A DNA stretch of 58,423 nt from PVC group bacterium (lineage in GTDB: Bacteria; Auribacterota; Erginobacteria; Erginobacterales; PUNC01). Made by a program: the position numbers and the translations under genes. The notes under the pieces were generated by a model. That model searched no databases and was not told the origin of the DNA. It saw only the letters and a list, made by a program, of their open reading frames with translations. The DNA is taken from positions 1 to 58,423 of the forward strand of contig PUNC01000113.1 in assembly GCA_003551625.1 (NCBI GenBank), written 5' to 3'. Positions 28,027 to 39,156 of the stretch are shown here, piece by piece (positions within the stretch are counted from its first letter, which is position 1; each line of letters starts with the position of its first letter).

Positions 28027-29792
28027 AGAAGGAGAAGACAGTTCAGGGGATCGGCGTCTCGGCCGGGGTGATCCGGGGCAAGGCCTATCTCTTCGATCCG
28101 GAGGAGGCCCGGGTCAAACCCCGCCGCCTGCCGAAGGCGTCGTTGTCCGCGGAGGTGGAGCGTTTTCAGCAGGCGTTGATCGCGGCCCGGAAAGAACTGC
28201 TGGAGATGCAGCGGGATATCGCCCAGCGGCTCGGCCGAAGCGAATCCGATCTTTTCGAGGCCCATCTTCTGGTGGTGGAAGACCGCACCCTGATCGAGGA
28301 GGTGATCCGCGGCGTCGAGGAGAAGGGGCTGAATGTCGAGTATGTTTTCCAGCAGGCGATAAAGAAGTACGAGCGGGTCTTCTCCCAGATCGAGAACGAC
28401 TACATCCGGGAGCGTCTAAGCGACATCAAGGACGTGGCCAAGCGGGTTATGCGCCACCTGACCGGGAAAACCCGCCGGGATCTCTCCTCGCTCACCGAAG
28501 AAGTGATCGTAATCTCCCGCGACATATCCCCCTCCGATACCGTTCTGATGCACAAGGAGAACGTTATCGGCTTTGCCACCGATATCGGCGGTCGGACTTC
28601 CCATACCGCGATTATGGCCCGCTCCCTGGGCATTCCGGCCGTGGTCGGCCTGGGCAAGATCAGTTCGCTGGTGGCTACCGGAGACGAGCTGGTGGTGGAC
28701 GGTGGCCGGGGACTGGTGGTCATCAACCCCTCCCGGAACACCCTGAAGAAACTGGAGGCGGAGAAGCGCTCCATCGCCCTCTTCGAAAAACGCCTTCGGC
28801 TGCTCAAGGACCTGCCGGCCGAAACCCGGGACGGTTTCCGCGTCATCCTGGCGGCCAATATCGAGATGCCCGAGGATCTGCCTTCCGTGCTTTCCCACGG
28901 AGCGGAGGGAATCGGCCTCTATCGGACCGAGTTCCTCTACCTTAACCGCGACGATCTTCCCTCCGAAGAGGAGCAGTTCCAGGCCTACCGGGGAGTGGCG
29001 GAGAAGGCGGGCCCGCATTCGGTCATCATCCGGACCCTCGATCTGGGGGGCGACAAGTTTCTCTCGCCCCTCGGCGTTCCCGGGGAACTGAACCCGTTTT
29101 TAGGCTGGCGGGGCATCAGGTTCTGCCTGGAGCGGAGAGACATCTTCCGCGCCCAGCTGCGGGCGATCCTGCGGGCGAGCGCGAACCGGAAGGTCAAGGT
29201 AATGTTCCCGATGGTCTGCGCCGCGGGCGAGCTGCGGGCGGCGCGGGCGATCTTGAAGAAAGTGATGGGAGAACTGGAGCGGGAGAAAATCCCCTTCAAC
29301 CCCGCTATCGAGGTGGGGGTGATGATCGAGGTGCCCTCGGCCGCCCTGACCGCCGACATTATGGCTCCCGAGGTCGACTTCTTCAGCATCGGAACCAACG
29401 ACTTGATCCAGTACGCTCTCGCCGTCGACCGGGTCAACGAGAAGATCGCCCACCTTTATCAACCCCTTCACCCGGCGGTATTGAGGCTGATCGAGGAGAC
29501 CGTTTCCGCCGCTCACCGGCGGCATATCTGGGTGGGAATGTGCGGGGAGATGGCGGGAGACCTTCTGTCGGTCCCCATTCTCCTGGGAATGGGCATCGAC
29601 GAGCTGAGCGTCAGCCCGATGCTGGTCCCGGAGGTGAAGAAACTTATCCGGTCCCTGGATCTGACCGAGGCCAGGAGGCTGACGGAGAGGGCGCTCCGGT
29701 TCAGTTCCGCCCGCCGGATCGAAAACGAGTCCCGCCGCCTGATCAAGAAAGCGGCGCCGATGCTGCTGCGCCGCGAGTCTATCCGGCTTTAA
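28023..29792 (+). CDS. ptsI: PTS enzyme I
   Basis: GGRTSHTAI, GIGLYRTEF, SIGTNDL, GMCGE. Confidence 0.96.
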   Translation: MKKEKTVQGIGVSAGVIRGKAYLFDPEEARVKPRRLPKASLSAEVERFQQALIAARKELLEMQRDIAQRLGRSESDLFEAHLLVVEDRTLIEEVIRGVEEKGLNVEYVFQQAIKKYERVFSQIENDYIRERLSDIKDVAKRVMRHLTGKTRRDLSSLTEEVIVISRDISPSDTVLMHKENVIGFATDIGGRTSHTAIMARSLGIPAVVGLGKISSLVATGDELVVDGGRGLVVINPSRNTLKKLEAEKRSIALFEKRLRLLKDLPAETRDGFRVILAANIEMPEDLPSVLSHGAEGIGLYRTEFLYLNRDDLPSEEEQFQAYRGVAEKAGPHSVIIRTLDLGGDKFLSPLGVPGELNPFLGWRGIRFCLERRDIFRAQLRAILRASANRKVKVMFPMVCAAGELRAARAILKKVMGELEREKIPFNPAIEVGVMIEVPSAALTADIMAPEVDFFSIGTNDLIQYALAVDRVNEKIAHLYQPLHPAVLRLIEETVSAAHRRHIWVGMCGEMAGDLLSVPILLGMGIDELSVSPMLVPEVKKLIRSLDLTEARRLTERALRFSSARRIENESRRLIKKAAPMLLRRESIRL

Positions 29793-29867
29793 TATCTCTT
29801 GTCACGCCGCGACCGATAAGGTATTTTACCTGCTTGTTTTGAAAAACCTACCCGGAAGGAGGAGTTG

Positions 29868-31049
<1,182 letters not shown>

Positions 31050-31052
31050 GTG

Positions 31053-32306
31053 ATGAAGCACGACGTGAAAGATATCCGGCTGGCCGCGGACGGCAAGAGG
31101 CGGATCGAATGGGCGGACCGGAATATGCCGGTGGTGACCTCGATCCGGGAAAGCTGGGAGAAGAGCAAGCCCCTGGCCGGGGTGCGGATCGCCGCCTGCC
31201 TGCACGTGACCAGCGAGACCGCCAACCTGATGCGGACCTTAAAGGCCGGCGGCGCCGGGGTGGCCCTCTGCGCCTCCAATCCGCTGTCCACCCAGGACGA
31301 AGTCGCCGCCGCCCTGGTGAAGCATTACGGAGTGGCGGTCTTCGCCGTCAACGGCGAGGACAACAAGCGTTATTACCGGCATATCGCGGCCACGCTTGAT
31401 TTAAAGCCGCAGATAACGATGGACGACGGCGCCGACCTGGTCAGCGTCATCCATTCCGAGCGAAAAGGCCTGATCCCCGGGATCTGGGGCGGCACCGAGG
31501 AGACGACCACCGGGGTCATCCGGCTGCGTTCGATGGCGCGGCAGGGGGTTCTGGGCTATCCGATCATCGCCGTCAACGATGCCAAGACCAAGCACCTTTT
31601 CGACAATCGCTATGGAACCGGCCAGAGCACCATCGACGGCATCATCCGGGCCACCAACCATCTTTTGGCCGGCTCGGTTGTCGTGGTCGCGGGTTACGGA
31701 TGGTGCGGACGCGGGGTCGCCCAGAAAGCCAGAGGGCTGGGAGCCCAGGTGGTGGTCTGCGAGATCGACCCCCTCAAGGGGCTGGAGGCGCGGATGGACG
31801 GGTTCCAGGTGATGACGATGGCGGAAGCCGCCCGGATCGGCGAGGTCTTCGTCACCGCCACCGGGAATATCAGCGTGATCCGTCCCGAGCACGCCTTGAA
31901 GATGAAGGACGGGGCGGTGATCGCCAATACCGGCCACTTCAATGTCGAGATCGACGTGGAAGGGTTGAAAAGAGTCTCCCGGAGCCGGCGCCGGGCCCGC
32001 CCCTTCGTGGAAGAATACCTGCTCAAGAACGGCCGCCGGGTCTGCCTGCTGGCGGAGGGGCGGCTGATCAATCTTTCCGCGGCCGAGGGACATCCCGCGC
32101 AGGTGATGGATATGAGTTTCGCCAACCAGGCCCTCTGCGTCCGGCATCTCTGCCGCCGCCCCGCGCTCGACAACACCGTTTACGCGGTTCCCGAAGCGAT
32201 CGACGCCCGCGTGGCCCGTCTCAAGCTCAAGGCGATGGGGATCAAGATCGACCGCCTCACGCCGGAGCAGAAGCGGTATTTGAGTTCCTGGGATATGGGG
32301 ACCTGA
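31053..32306 (+). CDS. ahcY: Adenosylhomocysteinase
   Basis: ASNPLSTQD, EETTTG, FDNRYGTGQS, EGHP. Confidence 0.98.
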   Translation: MKHDVKDIRLAADGKRRIEWADRNMPVVTSIRESWEKSKPLAGVRIAACLHVTSETANLMRTLKAGGAGVALCASNPLSTQDEVAAALVKHYGVAVFAVNGEDNKRYYRHIAATLDLKPQITMDDGADLVSVIHSERKGLIPGIWGGTEETTTGVIRLRSMARQGVLGYPIIAVNDAKTKHLFDNRYGTGQSTIDGIIRATNHLLAGSVVVVAGYGWCGRGVAQKARGLGAQVVVCEIDPLKGLEARMDGFQVMTMAEAARIGEVFVTATGNISVIRPEHALKMKDGAVIANTGHFNVEIDVEGLKRVSRSRRRARPFVEEYLLKNGRRVCLLAEGRLINLSAAEGHPAQVMDMSFANQALCVRHLCRRPALDNTVYAVPEAIDARVARLKLKAMGIKIDRLTPEQKRYLSSWDMGT

Positions 32307-32310
32307 AAAG

Positions 32311-32331
32311 CGCTCCCCGCTCAGGGGAGCG
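32311..32331. terminator. Hairpin between convergent ahcY and lptG
   Basis: CGCTCCCC/GGGGAGCG arms. Confidence 0.5.
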
Positions 32332-32337
32332 GGCTTC

Positions 32338-33417
32338 TCAACTCCGGCGGGCCATAATGACGATGCCCGCGGTTCCGAAGGCGAGGTTGACCGCCCAGAC
32401 CGAGAGCCAGGGGGGAAGCATTCCCTGCCTTCCCAGCGCCGTCAGGAAAGAGTAGAGGACATAGTAGAGGAACCCCAGGGCCAGGCTGATCCCCATTCCC
32501 GCCAGCATCCCGGCCCTTCCCAGCTTCAGGCCGAAGGCGACCCCGATCAGCCCCATAATCACGCAGGCCATCGGAAGGGCGAAGCGCTGGTGGATCTCGA
32601 CCCGGAGCGGCCGCAGCGCCGCGTCCGGGAAATCCTGGCGGGTCCTCAACTGCCGCCGCAACTCCCCCAGGCCGATGCCGGCCAGCTCCTGGTGCCCGGT
32701 TCTGAGATCCGGCGGTCTTATTCCCAGCTCGACGGTCCGGCTTTCCGTCCGGGAAACGGTCGGGAGCCGGTCGGGATGGAACTCCTGGACGCGGACGTTT
32801 TCCAGCCGCCAGTCTTTCCCGGTCCAGGCCGCCGTCTCGGCGGTGATCTTCTTCGCCAGCCGCCCGCTTTCGTCCGTCTGGTAGATATTAACCCCCTGGA
32901 TGGTCTCGTCGCGGAGATCGAAGGACTCGAAGTAATAGCTGCGGTTGGTCGGGGGATGGGGCAGGGCGATGTCCCGGAGATGTCTTCTCAGGTGGTGCTC
33001 GCCCCGCAGCTGATAATTCCTCAAAAGCTCCATCTCTTCAGTGGCCCGGGGGACAATGATCTCGTTGGAGCCGAAGACGAGCAGGGACAGAACCAGGCTG
33101 GCGGCCAGCACCGGGGAGGCGATCCGGCCGAAGCTCACCCCGCCCGCCATCATCGCCGTGATCTCGTTGTGCCGCTGCATCTGCCCGAGGCTGTAGAGCA
33201 GGGCGAGCAGGACGGCGAAAGCCGTGATCATCGTCAGGACGGTGGGAATCAGGAGAATGTAGTATTTGACCGCCACCGCCCCCCAGCGAGGAATCCCCAG
33301 GAAGGTGTCGAGGTTCTCGAAAAGGTCCCCGATCACGAACAACAGCGAGAAGGCGGCCAGGCAATAGAGAAAGGGGGAGAGGAACCGCCGGATCAGATAC
33401 CGTTCGATTATTCTCAT
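32338..33417 (-). CDS. lptG: LPS export permease LptG-like
   Basis: MRIIERYL, NEITAMMAGG, periplasmic beta domain; paired with lptF. Confidence 0.85.
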   Translation of the reverse strand: MRIIERYLIRRFLSPFLYCLAAFSLLFVIGDLFENLDTFLGIPRWGAVAVKYYILLIPTVLTMITAFAVLLALLYSLGQMQRHNEITAMMAGGVSFGRIASPVLAASLVLSLLVFGSNEIIVPRATEEMELLRNYQLRGEHHLRRHLRDIALPHPPTNRSYYFESFDLRDETIQGVNIYQTDESGRLAKKITAETAAWTGKDWRLENVRVQEFHPDRLPTVSRTESRTVELGIRPPDLRTGHQELAGIGLGELRRQLRTRQDFPDAALRPLRVEIHQRFALPMACVIMGLIGVAFGLKLGRAGMLAGMGISLALGFLYYVLYSFLTALGRQGMLPPWLSVWAVNLAFGTAGIVIMARRS

Positions 33418-33425
33418 TTCCAGCC

Positions 33426-34526
33426 TTAGACCCGGGTGAATTTTACCATCCAGACAATGCCGCCGGCCGCGAAAAGAAGGTTGGGGATCCAGACCACCAG
33501 ATGCGGGTAGTAGCCGGGGGAGTCCTCCAGCGCCTGGGAGACCAGGATAAACCCGTAAAAGATCGAGATCAGGACCAGGCTTAAGCTCATGGCGATCGAT
33601 TTTTCGGAACGCTGGGCCTTCAGCGCCAGCGGGATCGAAATCAGGACGATCGAGACGCAAGCCAGCGCCAGGGAGAGGCGGGTATGGATCTCGGTCGTGA
33701 TCCGGGAGAGCAGGGAAGCGGTCGCGGCGGGCTGGGCCAGCAGTTCCCGCCGGTAGGAGACCAGTTCGTTCCGGGTCATCTCGTTGGCCCGCTTGGGTGC
33801 CTGCTCGTTCCGGTCGGTACCCTCCCCGATTTCGATCGGGTAGCGGAGTTTCTCGAACATAGTCTGGGCCGGCGCCGGAGAGGAAGGATCGTGGTCCTCC
33901 ATCGTGCCGTCGTAGAGGATCAGCGTGAAACCGCCTTCGGTATCGTCCGGGTCGATCTCGGCGCGGGCCGCCATCACCACGTTCACCAGCTCGCCCTGGA
34001 GATAACGGTACACCCAGAGATTCTTCAGGAGATCACCCTCCCTCTTCTGGACGCTGATCGCGTAGCCGGGAAGCCGGACGAACCTTCCCGGTTCCAGCAA
34101 TATACGTGGATCGATCGCCGCCAGTTCCTGCTGCGATCTCCGGGCGGCAAAGCGGGAATCGGGGATGGCGTCGTTGTTGAGATAGACGCTGGCCGCCGTC
34201 AGGATCACGGCGGCCAGGATCACCGGCGAGCTGATCGAGGCCAGGCCGATGCCTCCGGCCCGCATCGCCGTGATCTCGTTGTCGGCCGCCAGTCTTCCGT
34301 AGGTCAGCAGGGTGGCGGTGACCAGGGCCATGGGAATGGCGTACTGGAGCAGCCGGACGTTGAGAAAGAAGATGAACTTGAGCAGCAGCCCGGCGTCGAC
34401 TCCCCGGATTATCAGGTCGGCGATTCGTATCAGGTTGCCCAGGCAGAGTACGCCCAGCATCACGAAGAGGACGGCCAGAAAGGCCAGGGCGAAATTGGTG
34501 GCGATGTAACGGTGAAGAATCCGCAT
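33426..34526 (-). CDS. lptF: LPS export permease LptF-like
   Basis: MRILHRYI, GRLAADNEITAMRAGG. Confidence 0.85.
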   Translation of the reverse strand: MRILHRYIATNFALAFLAVLFVMLGVLCLGNLIRIADLIIRGVDAGLLLKFIFFLNVRLLQYAIPMALVTATLLTYGRLAADNEITAMRAGGIGLASISSPVILAAVILTAASVYLNNDAIPDSRFAARRSQQELAAIDPRILLEPGRFVRLPGYAISVQKREGDLLKNLWVYRYLQGELVNVVMAARAEIDPDDTEGGFTLILYDGTMEDHDPSSPAPAQTMFEKLRYPIEIGEGTDRNEQAPKRANEMTRNELVSYRRELLAQPAATASLLSRITTEIHTRLSLALACVSIVLISIPLALKAQRSEKSIAMSLSLVLISIFYGFILVSQALEDSPGYYPHLVVWIPNLLFAAGGIVWMVKFTRV

Positions 34527-34660
34527 CGGTTTCAATCCCGGATTAATTTGCTCTTGAAGAGGTGTCCGGCGCAATATACACTGATTTTTTTTTGCTTGCC
34601 CATTAAAACCACCCGGATTATTCATATTCCGGACCGACCTTCAAACCGAAAAGGATCTTT

Positions 34661-36382
34661 ATGAAACGGCGCGCCGCCCGGATCAAGATCAAGAATATCT
34701 ACCCCGAAATCGAGGGGGGGAGATACCCGGTCAAAACCGAATTCGACCGCCTCTTCCGGGTCAGCGCCGATATTCACCGCGGCCGGAAGATCAGGGTTTC
34801 GCTGAAATACCGGAGGAAATACGGGCCTTCGGCGCGGTGGCGCGGCGTCGGAATGCTCCCGCGCGAATATCCCCGGTGGGAAGGCGAGATCAACTTCCCA
34901 TCCGCCGCCGTCTACCTGATGAAGATTGAAGTCTTCTCCCTTTCCGGTTCCGGGGAGAAGCTCGCCTCCAGCCGCGAGTCGGAAGTAATGGTTGAATCGC
35001 CCCGGGCCCGATACGCCGCCTGGTACGAGATGTTCCACCGTTCCCAGGGTAAAATACCCGGAAAGAGCGCCACTTTCAAGGATATGCGCGCCCGCCTGAG
35101 CGATATCGCGAAGATGGGATTCGACGTCATCTACCTGCCCCCGATTCACCCGATCGGCCGGACCAACCGCAAGGGCCCCAACAACAGCCTGAAAGCCGCG
35201 CCCGGCGATCCCGGCAGCCCCTGGTCGGTCGGCAACGAGTTCGGCGGCCATAAGGCCGTTCATCCCGACCTGGGCACGATTGACGATTTTCGGAAATTCG
35301 TCGCCGCCGCCGGGAAGAAGGGAATGGACGTGGTTCTCGATTTCACCAGCAACTGTTCTCCCGACCATCCCTGGATCAAGGAGCATCCCGACTGGTTCTT
35401 CCGCAACCCCGACGGCACCATCCGCTACGCCGAGAATCCCCCGAAAAAATACGAGGATGTCTGCCCCCTTAACCTGGAACCGGAAGACCGCGAAGAGCAG
35501 TGGAACGAACTCAAGAGCATCTTCACCTTCTGGATCGAAAACGGGGTTAAGGGTTTCCGGATCGACAACCCCCACACCAAACCGACCGGGTTCTGGGAAT
35601 GGCTGATCCGGGAGATCAAGGCCGACCATCCGGAGGTCTATATGCTCTCCGAGGCTTTCACCAACTACGACAAGCTGGAAGAGCTCGCCCGGGTGGGTTT
35701 CTCCCAGTCCTACTCCTACTTCACCTGGCGGGACGGGAAGAACGAACTTTTGGAGTATTTTCTCAAGCTGACCGGGAGCTACCTCAAGGAGTTCCTCCGG
35801 GCCAACCTGTTCACCAACACCCCCGATATCCTTCCGGTTATCATCCAAAAGGGCGGGAAACCCGCCTTCCAGCTTCGGATCGTCCTGGCCGCGACCCTCT
35901 CCTCGGTTTACGGGATGTATAACGGCTACGAGTTGCTGGAGAATGAAGTCCTGCCCGGCAAGAAGGAGGATTACCTCGACAGCGAGAAGTACGAGTACAA
36001 GGTTCGCGACTGGAACAAACCCGGAAACATCAAGGATTACATCTCCCGGCTCAACCGGATCCGGCGGGAGAATCCGGCCCTTCACTATTACGACAACCTG
36101 CGTTTCTACAATTCCACCGACGACAACATCCTCTTCTACGGCAAGAAATCCCCCGACGGGGAGAATGTCATCCTGATCGCGGTCAATCTCGACCCCTTCG
36201 CCTCGCACACCGGGCGGGTTACGGTTCCGGTGGAGGAGTTCGGCCTGGACTCGGACGAGGAGTATCGGGTCCGCGAGCTGCTTACCGGGACGGTCTGGAA
36301 CTGGCAGGGTAGGGAAAACTATATCACCCTGGCCCCGGCCCGCAACCCGGCCGCAGTTATGAGGCTGGAAAAGAAGGAGTAG
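34661..36382 (+). CDS. glgE: Alpha-1,4-glucan:maltose-1-phosphate maltosyltransferase
   Basis: LPPIHPIG, YAENPPKKYED, FRIDNPHTKP, SEAFT, NTPDIL. Confidence 0.95.
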   Translation: MKRRAARIKIKNIYPEIEGGRYPVKTEFDRLFRVSADIHRGRKIRVSLKYRRKYGPSARWRGVGMLPREYPRWEGEINFPSAAVYLMKIEVFSLSGSGEKLASSRESEVMVESPRARYAAWYEMFHRSQGKIPGKSATFKDMRARLSDIAKMGFDVIYLPPIHPIGRTNRKGPNNSLKAAPGDPGSPWSVGNEFGGHKAVHPDLGTIDDFRKFVAAAGKKGMDVVLDFTSNCSPDHPWIKEHPDWFFRNPDGTIRYAENPPKKYEDVCPLNLEPEDREEQWNELKSIFTFWIENGVKGFRIDNPHTKPTGFWEWLIREIKADHPEVYMLSEAFTNYDKLEELARVGFSQSYSYFTWRDGKNELLEYFLKLTGSYLKEFLRANLFTNTPDILPVIIQKGGKPAFQLRIVLAATLSSVYGMYNGYELLENEVLPGKKEDYLDSEKYEYKVRDWNKPGNIKDYISRLNRIRRENPALHYYDNLRFYNSTDDNILFYGKKSPDGENVILIAVNLDPFASHTGRVTVPVEEFGLDSDEEYRVRELLTGTVWNWQGRENYITLAPARNPAAVMRLEKKE

Positions 36383-36385
36383 ATG

Positions 36386-37528
36386 ATGAAAGTCGCCATC
36401 TTAGCTCGAGAATACCCGCCCCACGTGTACGGCGGGGCGGGAGTGCACGTCCGGGAGCTCTCCCGCTGCCTGGCCAAGTTGATCTCGGTGGAGGTGCGCT
36501 GTTTCGGAGAGCAGAGCCTGCGGTCGGACGGTCTGGAGGTGAAAGGCTACCGGGCGGAACCCGGATACCACTGCGCGGCCGAACCGAAATTCGATTCGGT
36601 CTTCAACACCCTCGGCGTCAATCTCAATATGCTCTGCGACGGCCTCGACGCCGACGTGGTCCATACCCATACCTGGTACGCTCACTGGGCGGGCCTGCTG
36701 GCGAAAATGCTCTACCGGATTCCCTTCGTGGCCACCTGCCACAGCCTGGAGCCGCTTCGGCCCTGGAAGGAGGACCAACTGGCCCGGGCCTACCACGTCA
36801 GCACCTGGATGGAGAAGGTCGGGATCGAAGGGGCCGACCGGGTGGTTGCCGTCTCCAATCTGATGAAGAAGGATATCCTGGACCATTTCCAGATTCCCGA
36901 GGAGCGGGTGGCGGTGATCCATAACGGGGTCGATCTCGAGACCTGGAAGCCTAAACCGCTCTCGGCCGAGCTGAAAGAGCGGTTCGGCATCGCCGACGAC
37001 TACATCCTTTTCGTCGGACGGCCCACCCCCCAGAAGGGGATGGAGTACCTGATCGACGCCGCCGACGAGATCCCGGTCCAGGTGGTGGTGGAGGCGATGG
37101 GGGCGGATACCAAGGATTACGAGAACCGGATGATGAAGAAGGTGAAGGGGAAGAAGAACATCGTCTGGATTCACGAGAACCTGGGCGACGCCAGAAACGT
37201 CGAACTCTATACTTCCGCCCGGGTCTTCGTCTGCCCCTCGATCTACGAGCCGTTCGGGATCATCAATCTCGAGGCGATGGCCTGCGAGACCCCGGTGGTG
37301 GCCAGCCGGGTCGGCGGAATCACCGAAGTGGTGGTTCCGGGGGAGACCGGGATCCTGGTCGAACCCGGCCGCCCCGACGAGATCGCCAGCGCCGTCAACT
37401 CGCTGCTCCGCAACCGGGACCTGGCCGAGGGGATGGGGAAGAAGGGCCGGCGAAGGGTGGAGAAATACTTCAGCTGGAACTCGATCGCGGCCCAGACCCG
37501 GGATCTCTACCAATCGCTCCGGGACTGA
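36386..37528 (+). CDS. glgM: Maltose-1-phosphate synthase GlgM (actinobacterial-type GlgA, GT4)
   Basis: REYPPHVYGGAGVHV, HTHTWY, HSLEPLRPWK, YEPFGIINLEA. Confidence 0.88.
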   Translation: MKVAILAREYPPHVYGGAGVHVRELSRCLAKLISVEVRCFGEQSLRSDGLEVKGYRAEPGYHCAAEPKFDSVFNTLGVNLNMLCDGLDADVVHTHTWYAHWAGLLAKMLYRIPFVATCHSLEPLRPWKEDQLARAYHVSTWMEKVGIEGADRVVAVSNLMKKDILDHFQIPEERVAVIHNGVDLETWKPKPLSAELKERFGIADDYILFVGRPTPQKGMEYLIDAADEIPVQVVVEAMGADTKDYENRMMKKVKGKKNIVWIHENLGDARNVELYTSARVFVCPSIYEPFGIINLEAMACETPVVASRVGGITEVVVPGETGILVEPGRPDEIASAVNSLLRNRDLAEGMGKKGRRRVEKYFSWNSIAAQTRDLYQSLRD

Positions 37529-37577
37529 TTCGGCCCGGCTTGACGGCGCCGGGTCCCGGAAATACCCGCTCGTGGCC

Positions 37578-37635
37578 AGGCCCGAAGACTTTTAGGCCGA
37601 GGCAATCTCGTCTTTCGCCAAGGTAGTGAGATCGC
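37578..37635. repeat. Degenerate inverted pair of the 8791-type REP-like unit
   Basis: AGGCCCGAAGACTTTAGGCCGAGGCAATCTC...GAGATCGC. Confidence 0.5.
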
Positions 37636-37690
37636 GCCGTTACTTCGTTCCCCGCCCCGGCGTAATCATTCATATTATTCGCGATCCGGG

Positions 37691-38896
37691 TTAACGCAGC
37701 CAGTGGGGGGCGAAGAGCATAATCGCTCCCAGGCCGGCCAGGATCGCCCCGCCCACCAGCTTGCAGACTCTTGCGTATCTTTCCCCCAGACTGCTTCCGA
37801 TGGCGAAGGCGGCCAGGCTGAAGATGACGATCTGGTCGAGCATAAAGAAGAAGGTGTAAAGCCCGATGTAGAAGTAGTGCTGGAAAGACGTCAGGCCGCT
37901 GATCGCCAACACCTGGGTGAAGACCGCCGGGATCGCCGCCGAGCAGACGAACTCCACGGAGTTGACGACGAAAGCCAGGCCGATTATCGAGAGCAGAATC
38001 GCCGGGGAAAGGGGCTGGGAGATGATCCGCTCGATCCGGCCCATCGTCCGGGCGGCCGATTCCTCGTCGCCGATCCGGCAGACCAGTCCCCTCCGGGAGG
38101 CAAAGTATTCCCTGATGTTGAGCGCTCCCCCGGCGACGGCCACCATTCCGATGGCGATGGTGAGAATCCGGACGTATCCCAGCAACAGGAAGACGTTGAT
38201 CCAGGCGGTCATAAAGAGAAAGTAGAGAACCCCCGAGGCCAGCACGAAGCTGCCGGCCACGGTCCAGATCTTCTTCCGGTCGTTGATCCCGATCAACAGG
38301 CTGATCATATAGACCAGCACCCACATCGCGCAGGGGTTGAAGCCGTCGACCAATCCCAGCACCACCGCCAGCGCCGGCAGCGACAGCCCGGTCAGGTCGG
38401 TCCGGCCGAGAAGGGGCAGGTCGAACTCGGCCGGCCCGCCGCGCTCCCTTGCGGCGGGGGAGGGCGCCGCTTCACCGCGGTCGCGATATTCCCGCCATTG
38501 GCCGATGGCGCGGGAGATCTCCTCGCGAGTGTGAACCCCGGGAAGCGCCCAGTCCCCGACCACGATAACCGGGACCTGCAGTTCGGATTCGTCCAGGCCG
38601 GCCCTTCCGGCCACGCGGCGGAATACGGCGGACCCGTTCAGCGAAGAAGCGTCGTATTCCCGGAAATCGAGTTCGGGATAATCCTGTTTTACCGAGCGGT
38701 AGATCGGGGCCTGTTCCACGCAGTCGGGACATCCCGGCGCGTAAAAAAAGTAAACCGTAGCTTCTTCCGCGGGTTCTTCGCGGGCGTTCTCGCCGACCAG
38801 GAAGAAGGCCGTCGTTCCCAGTCCGAGCACTACGACCAAGAGCGCCCGGTTGAAGGGGGAGCGGAAAAAATGCCGGAGACCGGAAAAGATCTTCAC
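37691..38896 (-). CDS. Glutaredoxin/thioredoxin domain fused to a CcdA-like membrane domain
   Basis: CPDC, GLVDGFNPCAMW, EFVC. Confidence 0.8.
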   Translation of the reverse strand: MKIFSGLRHFFRSPFNRALLVVVLGLGTTAFFLVGENAREEPAEEATVYFFYAPGCPDCVEQAPIYRSVKQDYPELDFREYDASSLNGSAVFRRVAGRAGLDESELQVPVIVVGDWALPGVHTREEISRAIGQWREYRDRGEAAPSPAARERGGPAEFDLPLLGRTDLTGLSLPALAVVLGLVDGFNPCAMWVLVYMISLLIGINDRKKIWTVAGSFVLASGVLYFLFMTAWINVFLLLGYVRILTIAIGMVAVAGGALNIREYFASRRGLVCRIGDEESAARTMGRIERIISQPLSPAILLSIIGLAFVVNSVEFVCSAAIPAVFTQVLAISGLTSFQHYFYIGLYTFFFMLDQIVIFSLAAFAIGSSLGERYARVCKLVGGAILAGLGAIMLFAPHWLR

Positions 38897-39156
38897 CGCG
38901 CGCGCAGGGCCTCCCGGAGTTTGGCGATGCTGAAACCGACCACCGCGGTTCCCTCGATATCCACGACCGGAACGCCGGTCTGGCCGCTTATCTTCTCCAG
39001 CTCGGCTCTGGCGGCCCGGTCTTTGGAGACGTCAACCTCCCGGTATTCCACGGCGTTGGCGTCGAGATACCTTTTCACCAGCAGGCAATACGGACAGGCC
39101 GGGCCGGTGTAGAGAGTGACGGGAAGCTTCTTCTGGCGCGGTCCGACGGCCGTCAT
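38893..39156 (-). CDS. Glutaredoxin-like protein (NrdH/YruB type)
   Basis: CPYC, GQTGVPV. Confidence 0.9.
   Translation of the reverse strand: MTAVGPRQKKLPVTLYTGPACPYCLLVKRYLDANAVEYREVDVSKDRAARAELEKISGQTGVPVVDIEGTAVVGFSIAKLREALRAR

Noticed and set aside
29793-29867. SAM/SAH riboswitch before metK-ahcY
   Set aside because: The gap is short and I see no SAM or SAH aptamer consensus.
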